From: a virus
Taxonomy: Duplodnaviria; Caudoviricetes
Length of the DNA stretch: 61,171 nucleotides
IMG/VR virus record: IMGVR_UViG_3300032753_002656
Coordinates: 1 to 61,171 of that record
Reading direction: 5' to 3' (one strand)
Shown here: positions 55,391 through 61,171 of the stretch, piece after piece
Numbering within the stretch: the stretch's first letter is position 1
Layout of the letters: each line of letters starts with the position of its first letter
The notes under the pieces: model-generated
What the model was told of the DNA's origin: nothing
What the model saw: only the letters and a program-made list of their open reading frames with translations
Databases searched by the model: none
Program-made: the position numbers and the translations under genes

Positions 55391-55789
55391 ATGCTAAATA
55401 TAGAAAAATTAGAGCCATATTATAGTAACCAATTTGAAATTGAATTTTTTGGTGGATATCAGTTATTAACTGAACAAGTAATCTCTTATAAAATAGAAGA
55501 TAGAATTATTTGGATTGATCTAGGAGTTAGTCAAGGAAAATTCATTGAAAATTATGAGGGATTAAAATCTACTAATGAGATTAGAATTAAACATTTTGAT
55601 CGGGTAGGTAATGTTTATCTTGAATTGCAGGGACTCGTAGATTTCATTAACACTAGTGGTTTTGGTGGTAATTATAATGAAACGAATTGTATGGAAATGA
55701 AAGTTTCGTATGTATTTAAAGGTTTAAGTGTAACAGAAGACGGAAGATATGGTGAATTTGGGCACCCCCAAACAATAAAATTATTTTAA
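55391..55789 (+). CDS. Hypothetical protein, possibly a degenerate tail-tube (gp19-like) paralogue
   Basis: EP..SNQFEIEF..IKHFDRVGNV..FGGNY..MKVSYVF pattern; weak. Confidence 0.45.
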   Translation: MLNIEKLEPYYSNQFEIEFFGGYQLLTEQVISYKIEDRIIWIDLGVSQGKFIENYEGLKSTNEIRIKHFDRVGNVYLELQGLVDFINTSGFGGNYNETNCMEMKVSYVFKGLSVTEDGRYGEFGHPQTIKLF

Positions 55790-55790
55790 T

Positions 55791-56801
55791 ATGATTTACA
55801 ATACCAAAATAGTAGATTTCATAAAAAATGAACTAAATAATGATATTAGTTTATTTAAAGAGACTCCATTTTATGAAAATAATCCAGATCTGAAAAAAGG
55901 AAATCTATTATTTGACATAACTATAGAAGAGCATCAAGAGATAACATCAATTAAAGATGACATTATAAAATTAGGTAATACCTATTGTTATGCTAATACA
56001 CATGATGGCTATAATAAGAAAATAGAATTAAGAAAATATCAGGAAGAATATTTATTAGCTCAAAAAGAAAATAGATTTTTAGTAACAGTAGCTTCTCGTC
56101 AAGTAGGTAAGACTCTATTAGAAGCTATCTATTGTATGAATCAGATACTGCACGGAAAAAAGATCTTATTAATTACTAATCTTAGAGATAGTTGTATAGA
56201 AATTTTAGATCGGGTTAAAATGATCTATAGGAATATGCCATTTTATCTAAAACCTGGTATTCAAGCATGGAACCAAACATCAATTGTTTTTGATAATGGG
56301 GCAAGAATATACGGGGCTGGATCTTCTAAGGGATCTTTTATTGGTAAATCGTTCGATCTTGTCTATATTGATGAAGCAGCCCATATAAATCATAATAATT
56401 TTCTTGATATCTATCATTCGGTATTTCCACAGATTCTAAAAGAAAATGGCCAATTAATAATTCAATCTACTCCAAATGGTAGAAATAAATTCTATGAAAT
56501 TTATGATGGTGCGACTAAAGGAACAAATTTATTTACCCCATATAGAATTGAATGGAATGTAGTTCCTGGCCGCGATGAAAATTGGAAAAATTCAGAGATA
56601 GCTAATTTAGGATCTGAACATTTATTTAATCGAGAATATGGATTATCATTTGATTCGGAGAATGAGGAAACTAGGAAAAAATTGATCAAGGATATAGTGG
56701 ATATAACTTCCAAAATGGATGAATCTGCGAAAAAAGAAAAATCCCTTCTAGAGGAAAGACTAGAAAGGATCGAATCCATGTTAGGTATAAAAAATAATTA
56801 A
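55791..56801 (+). CDS. Terminase large-subunit-like ATPase domain (T4 gp17 type), no nuclease domain
   Basis: LRKYQ, ASRQVGKT, YRNMPFYLKPG..WN..FDNG, YIDEAAHI, STPNG.N.FY, VPGRDE.W..FNREYG..F then stop. Confidence 0.85.
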   Translation: MIYNTKIVDFIKNELNNDISLFKETPFYENNPDLKKGNLLFDITIEEHQEITSIKDDIIKLGNTYCYANTHDGYNKKIELRKYQEEYLLAQKENRFLVTVASRQVGKTLLEAIYCMNQILHGKKILLITNLRDSCIEILDRVKMIYRNMPFYLKPGIQAWNQTSIVFDNGARIYGAGSSKGSFIGKSFDLVYIDEAAHINHNNFLDIYHSVFPQILKENGQLIIQSTPNGRNKFYEIYDGATKGTNLFTPYRIEWNVVPGRDENWKNSEIANLGSEHLFNREYGLSFDSENEETRKKLIKDIVDITSKMDESAKKEKSLLEERLERIESMLGIKNN

Positions 56802-56808
56802 TTCCGGA

Positions 56809-57249
56809 TTAGGATTTTAATATCTGTATAATTGCTTCTACCCCTTCATCTATAGTTGGGGCAATTATATTACCAAAACTAAGCATACCATGTTCGTGTA
56901 TATTTCCTTTTCCCATAATTATTACAACAGGGATTTGAAATGCACGGGCCCATGCTATTTCCATAACAGTTCCAATAGAAACTTTAGAAGCTCCTAAAAG
57001 ATTTACTAAAATAGCATCAGAGGTTTTACAATCATTATAGTCCCTTACATTAATTCCTGTTATAGAACTCATAGTATAATCACTATAGGAATCCGCAATC
57101 ATTTCTTCTTTACTTAAATAGGATTTACCTCTCATTGGAGAATATCCTTGTATTCCATGTTCCTTTAAATGGTCTTTAACGTCATCTCTCCACGAGGTAA
57201 CAGTACCATAATCATAGCCCGTAATTGGACCTGCTAAATAAACTTTCAT
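56809..57249 (-). CDS. Nucleoside 2-deoxyribosyltransferase-like protein
   Basis: VYLAGPI..WR..SP..D...SDAILV..SIGTVMEIAWA. Confidence 0.8.
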   Translation of the reverse strand: MKVYLAGPITGYDYGTVTSWRDDVKDHLKEHGIQGYSPMRGKSYLSKEEMIADSYSDYTMSSITGINVRDYNDCKTSDAILVNLLGASKVSIGTVMEIAWARAFQIPVVIIMGKGNIHEHGMLSFGNIIAPTIDEGVEAIIQILKS

Positions 57250-57259
57250 GTATTTGTTT

Positions 57260-57652
57260 TTAGTATATTTTGTTAAATTCTAAATCCTTTTCATTAGTAC
57301 CAAAAGAGTTGTAATTAGAAATAATTTCTTCCCCCTTAAAAATTTTCCTACTAGCATACGTGCAATATTCATTATTAGGATCGCGGGTATTAAAAAATTC
57401 TTCCGAATGATTAAAAAATCTAGCATTGTCTATACAGAGAAAATATAGATCATTATGCCTATATGCGTATGTTTTTACAAATTCTGAGTCTAGATTATTC
57501 ATTATGCTAAGATTATCGTCCGTATAAATTCTATCTAAATTCGGATCTAATTTCCATATAAGAGCCCCCTCGGCAATATCCTCTGCTGCAAAACAACCAA
57601 TTCCAGCATTTGGTATTGTACTTTTATCTATAAATGTTTTAATTTTTAACAT
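57260..57652 (-). CDS. SET-domain protein
   Basis: STIPNAGIGCFAAEDI..ARFFNHS..ASRKI.KGEEIISNY. Confidence 0.85.
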   Translation of the reverse strand: MLKIKTFIDKSTIPNAGIGCFAAEDIAEGALIWKLDPNLDRIYTDDNLSIMNNLDSEFVKTYAYRHNDLYFLCIDNARFFNHSEEFFNTRDPNNEYCTYASRKIFKGEEIISNYNSFGTNEKDLEFNKIY

Positions 57653-57654
57653 AC

Positions 57655-58005
57655 CTAATTTTTTAATAATTTAATCCTATTTGCTAAATAAACGTATGGC
57701 TTACTTTTTTCTTTCCTCCTAAGTCCTTCTGCGTGACATTCTACAATTACCCGATCTGTTCTTTTAAATCTCTTTAGGTATTCTTGTGCGTTTTCTTTAC
57801 CGTCAATAATATGGATTCCAGAAGTGTATTTAGTTCCATGCCCATCCATGACATTTTCTCTAATTTCACCTTCTATCCAAGTATCAATCGGTAGTTTTCT
57901 CGTCCCTCCAATCCCGTGGAATAATGTATATAGGTCAGAGTTCTTTTTTTCTACTATCTTGTAGTAGACTACGGGGTTTACATCCCTCCGGTTTTCGAGT
58001 TGCAT
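57655..58005 (-). CDS. Hypothetical protein
   Basis: YKIV..LFHG..YTSGIH motif. Confidence 0.6.
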   Translation of the reverse strand: MQLENRRDVNPVVYYKIVEKKNSDLYTLFHGIGGTRKLPIDTWIEGEIRENVMDGHGTKYTSGIHIIDGKENAQEYLKRFKRTDRVIVECHAEGLRRKEKSKPYVYLANRIKLLKN

Positions 58006-58175
58006 ATAGCTGCGTGTTTGAATTTATAAATACGATACCTTTTTGTGTAATATTCTGCCCGACCCTTGGTCATAATAGCTCCGTGTACTGATTCGTCACT
58101 ATTAATATACCAAAAACTTGAACCTTCATAAAGAGGTTTACTCTCTATTGTCATTGCTAGTATTTCCCTTTCCAT
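57978..58175 (-). CDS. Hypothetical protein
   Basis: 65 aa, coupled. Confidence 0.5.
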   Translation of the reverse strand: MEREILAMTIESKPLYEGSSFWYINSDESVHGAIMTKGRAEYYTKRYRIYKFKHAAICNSKTGGM

Positions 58176-58807
58176 TACTTTTTTTCTAATTTTTCTGCTT
58201 CCGTTGGTTCAACATAATTATTTTCAGTATTAATAATACCAATATTAACAATATCAAAGCCTTTTAAAACCGCAACCTTTTGTGGTGCCCAATCTTTCTG
58301 TATATAATATGAACATACTTTCCCTGCTATTTCAAGAAATACAGCAGGTCTAGCCATAGCAGGTACCAATCTAGAATGTAATTCAGTAGCCCTAAGTTCC
58401 CCTTTCAAGCTAAAATCTGTATGACCCTCAACATGAACAATATAATCATGGACTGCTCTAAATGTTTGGTATTGTCCATCACTCCAAAGAGGATGATTCG
58501 TATATTCTGCACTTACATACATAATTTTTTCCGCATTTACCCTTTTAACCATATCAGAGCAATCCTTATAAACCTCATGTGGGGAAACAATAATTTTTAT
58601 ATGACTCATCATCTCTTTATAGAATTTTTCAGAGCTGGCTAATAAGGAATCCCAGTGTTTCACAGCAGTAGGATCAAATACTGGTAATTTATCATATGCT
58701 AAACATATGGCATGAGCATATGCCCATACAGCAGATCTGCCCTGCAAACTAAACCTTTCATTTAATAAAGGGTTCTCGCCAAATTCTTTATAGTTATAGA
58801 GTTTCAT
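58175..58807 (-). CDS. Candidate head-internal protein
   Basis: MKLYNYKEF..LLNE (ATG 58807, AATATATA 4 nt upstream); HPLW..FRAVHD..H..FSLKGE conserved-looking block. Confidence 0.65.
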   Translation of the reverse strand: MKLYNYKEFGENPLLNERFSLQGRSAVWAYAHAICLAYDKLPVFDPTAVKHWDSLLASSEKFYKEMMSHIKIIVSPHEVYKDCSDMVKRVNAEKIMYVSAEYTNHPLWSDGQYQTFRAVHDYIVHVEGHTDFSLKGELRATELHSRLVPAMARPAVFLEIAGKVCSYYIQKDWAPQKVAVLKGFDIVNIGIINTENNYVEPTEAEKLEKK

Positions 58808-58897
58808 CCAGTATATATTTTTAGTTTTACCATTTTTTAATCCCAAAGACCTATAATCGAATGAAAATTAATTTGGCCGAAGCATACGACAGCCAAC

Positions 58898-59125
58898 CTA
58901 TATTATAGGACTTAGTTCTGCATCATTGTTCCACATCATAACATCCTTCATTGCAAAATTCCTTTCTTCTCCTTTTTCTATATCAATTGCATGAAGGAAC
59001 CATTGTAATTCCTGGTGGAATTCTGTTCCACCGTACCATATTTTAATAGGATGTACTCTTCTATGTCCAATAACTCCTTTCCAATTCTTATAGGTTATGT
59101 AAACTGGATTTCCTAATAATTCCAT
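58898..59125 (-). CDS. WYL-domain protein
   Basis: ITYKNWKG..RRVHPIKIWYG..QWFLHAIDIEK.EERNFAM. Confidence 0.8.
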   Translation of the reverse strand: MELLGNPVYITYKNWKGVIGHRRVHPIKIWYGGTEFHQELQWFLHAIDIEKGEERNFAMKDVMMWNNDAELSPII

Positions 59126-59144
59126 CTAAGTTATATTTAAAAAA

Positions 59145-59330
59145 TTACTGAATAATGTCATCTGTGAACTTTTGTAAATTTATCTCTATTTTACTTAACG
59201 CCGCTTCATGTTTCTTCTTCTCTTGGAGTAATCTGTGCAATTCTACCTTGTCGTGATGATTAAGACCATCTTCGTGTTCCAGAATATACTCTATTTCTTT
59301 CTGGATCCGTTCTAGTAAATTCCTTTCCAT
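59145..59330 (-). CDS. Hypothetical protein
   Basis: 61 aa, helical. Confidence 0.5.
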   Translation of the reverse strand: MERNLLERIQKEIEYILEHEDGLNHHDKVELHRLLQEKKKHEAALSKIEINLQKFTDDIIQ

Positions 59331-59571
59331 TTTTGTTATTATTTTAAATCTTTCGTTTCCTATATTTATCCTTTGGACATAAAGTTTTTCTAATTCTTGG
59401 AAAACTTAATATTGGCAACTTTTTGTAAATTTTCGATTAAAATAATCACTTTGGAAGTGCATTTTGGTCGATTTTAAGCATGAAATTTTAAATCCAAAAG
59501 ATATTTTAATATAAATCATTAGGGGCAAGAAATAGGATCAAATTTTTGAACTTTTTCAAGGTGGATGATAA

Positions 59572-59871
59572 TTATAGATCCATCTTTTTATAGTATTCTG
59601 CTTTAGGCTCTTTAACAACTATTTCAAGTAGATATTTGAATTGAGACATTTCTGCATAATCTACATATCCACTAGCCAGACTAGGATCTGCTGGGGATAT
59701 TCTATATCCATTCCCATCATCTACTAACCAACATGCCTTCTTTCCTTTTACCTTATCATCCCAAATAGGGTTATTAGAATAATGGAGTGTATGTATTTCT
59801 TTTCCATCTTTTTCCTCTTTGGTATAAGTGTATTCGTGATTCCCTTCCAGGAATAATTCTATCTGTTCCAT
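59572..59871 (-). CDS. Hypothetical protein
   Basis: 99 aa; EYTY..LHYSN..W..DDGNG..DY motif. Confidence 0.65.
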   Translation of the reverse strand: MEQIELFLEGNHEYTYTKEEKDGKEIHTLHYSNNPIWDDKVKGKKACWLVDDGNGYRISPADPSLASGYVDYAEMSQFKYLLEIVVKEPKAEYYKKMDL

Positions 59872-60511
59872 TTTTCTTTTTTATAAATCTAATAATCTTC
59901 TTACTAATAAATGTCCGTTTTGGTACTTTGGTGTCTGAATATTGATGGTTTAAACCTGGATATTGGAAATCCAAATACATCAATGACATTTTAGGTCCAG
60001 ACATTGGCGTTACTGCAACCAAATCCATACCAATTGTTTTGGCTGCTACTCGAGATGCTATTGGCATTATATTACCAAACCCTCCTTCTTCATCCTGGAG
60101 GATCTCTATAGTCTTTTTTACTTCGTCCTCTGGCATGTCGACCGGAAGATAGATTGTAGATTGATTACTTGCCCAAACGAAATGAGTCTTAAATTCTGTC
60201 CAGAGACCAGTAGCATCTGGAACAAAAAATCTATTTCTATAGACTGGCCATTTACTCTCTCCTTGGCTATCAAAAGAATCCCAATTAGTTTTATAATAAG
60301 GCTCTTCTTTTTCTTTGGTATAGACTCTCTGAAAAATACCATCCTTCATAGAGCAATATGTAATTCTACCACGAGCATCTTCATCTATATGTCCAATATA
60401 AAAAAGAGGATCCCCCTCAATGGGACACTTTAAACCAGTATCCCTTAATTCATCTAATGGAAATTCCTTAATTCTCCGCTTAAAATCCGCGGTTGTTGCT
60501 GGATCATACAT
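59774..60511 (-). CDS. Hypothetical protein containing a gp23 major-capsid-like peptide
   Basis: MPIASRVAAKTIGMDLVAVTPMSGPKMSLMYLDFQY. Confidence 0.65.
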   Translation of the reverse strand: MYDPATTADFKRRIKEFPLDELRDTGLKCPIEGDPLFYIGHIDEDARGRITYCSMKDGIFQRVYTKEKEEPYYKTNWDSFDSQGESKWPVYRNRFFVPDATGLWTEFKTHFVWASNQSTIYLPVDMPEDEVKKTIEILQDEEGGFGNIMPIASRVAAKTIGMDLVAVTPMSGPKMSLMYLDFQYPGLNHQYSDTKVPKRTFISKKIIRFIKKKNGTDRIIPGRESRIHLYQRGKRWKRNTYTPLF

Positions 60512-60513
60512 AC

Positions 60514-60810
60514 CTATGTTAATTTGGCTTTTAGTTCCTCTAACTTTCGGGTTGGAGGTTTGTGTTGTGGATAATAAACCAAATATAGATATACCGAACC
60601 AAATACCTTAATTCTTTCTGTCCCAAAAACAAATTCCTTAATAGTCTCCTTTGTTGTAAGTGCCTTATTACCGATGGAGTCTTTAAAATACCATTTTCCA
60701 TTTTCCTCTTCGATTGATAGGACGGGTAAGGTATAGAGTTCTTCTGCATCCTTTGCAGGATCTTCGGTATAAGAGTTTATTAATGATATACTATAATTAT
60801 TTTGAACCAT
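60514..60810 (-). CDS. Hypothetical protein
   Basis: 98 aa. Confidence 0.55.
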   Translation of the reverse strand: MVQNNYSISLINSYTEDPAKDAEELYTLPVLSIEEENGKWYFKDSIGNKALTTKETIKEFVFGTERIKVFGSVYLYLVYYPQHKPPTRKLEELKAKLT

Positions 60811-61171
60811 TTTCTTTATTTTTCCTGTCTATCGATTGAATCCATTCTATGGCTACTGCGGCCACTTGTATAAGTTCTGCTCTTCGGGTTTTGTCGTCAA
60901 ATGCAGAAATAGTTTCAGAAAGCTCTTCCACTAAAATATGACTCCATGTAAGTACATTTTTTTTAGCCGCTGTATCACATAAAAATTTTGCTCTTTCCTC
61001 AGAGGGAATTTCATATTCCTGGCAAAGTCTATCACCAGTTGCACCTCCATTTCTACCCGTTAAAATGGGGTCAACAGAGGGATGATCCTGTTGACCCCAT
61101 TTAGATTCCTGCCTTTGTCGCTCCAACCAAATTTCTTCGTATATTGGATTATCAATTACTAATGCGTTCAT
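60797..61171 (-). CDS. MazG-like NTP pyrophosphohydrolase
   Basis: ERQRQESKWG..LVEELSE..RAELIQVAAVA. Confidence 0.7.
   Translation of the reverse strand: MNALVIDNPIYEEIWLERQRQESKWGQQDHPSVDPILTGRNGGATGDRLCQEYEIPSEERAKFLCDTAAKKNVLTWSHILVEELSETISAFDDKTRRAELIQVAAVAIEWIQSIDRKNKENGSK

Noticed and set aside
1-61171. tRNA, rRNA or CRISPR arrays
   Set aside because: No T-loop GTTCRA cloverleaf, rRNA-like tract or regularly spaced repeat was recognised by eye; tRNAscan-SE or a CRISPR finder would be decisive.

Overview
AT-rich, densely coding, mostly minus-strand segment that reads as the accessory region of a very large T4-like (jumbo/mega) phage. A Bacteroidota host is inferred from recurrent TAnnTTTG promoters, A-rich leaders without Shine-Dalgarno sites and a Bacteroidota-type ClpS. 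Recognisable genes: four aminoacyl-tRNA synthetases (Asp, Glu, Arg, Met), a PseT-type polynucleotide kinase and an RNA ligase, a tandemly duplicated MoxR-AAA/VWA module, a Dda/RecD-like helicase fused to an AlkB-type dioxygenase, an HD-CoaD fusion, ClpS, NUDIX, SET, WYL, NDT-like, MazG-like, M23 and CHAP hydrolases, an ATPase-only terminase paralogue, and HNH/GIY-YIG endonucleases. The main unexplained signal is about 20 small, highly divergent proteins that all end in the tag P-x(1-3)-[FW]-x-[RTQ]-I-K-stop. Fifteen lie in a tandem array at 4.1-8.2 kb, two of them disrupted and missed or truncated by the ORF track. The same tag occurs on unrelated proteins at 45 and 53 kb. A second layer is a set of proteins with T4-like N-terminal capsid-targeting peptides, mostly behind a RATATATA motif (candidate late promoter). 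About 15 copies of an extended host-type promoter are also present, many with 11-bp-periodic TTAACA boxes. No tRNA, rRNA or CRISPR array was recognised. All functional calls come from motif recognition by eye, with no database searches.
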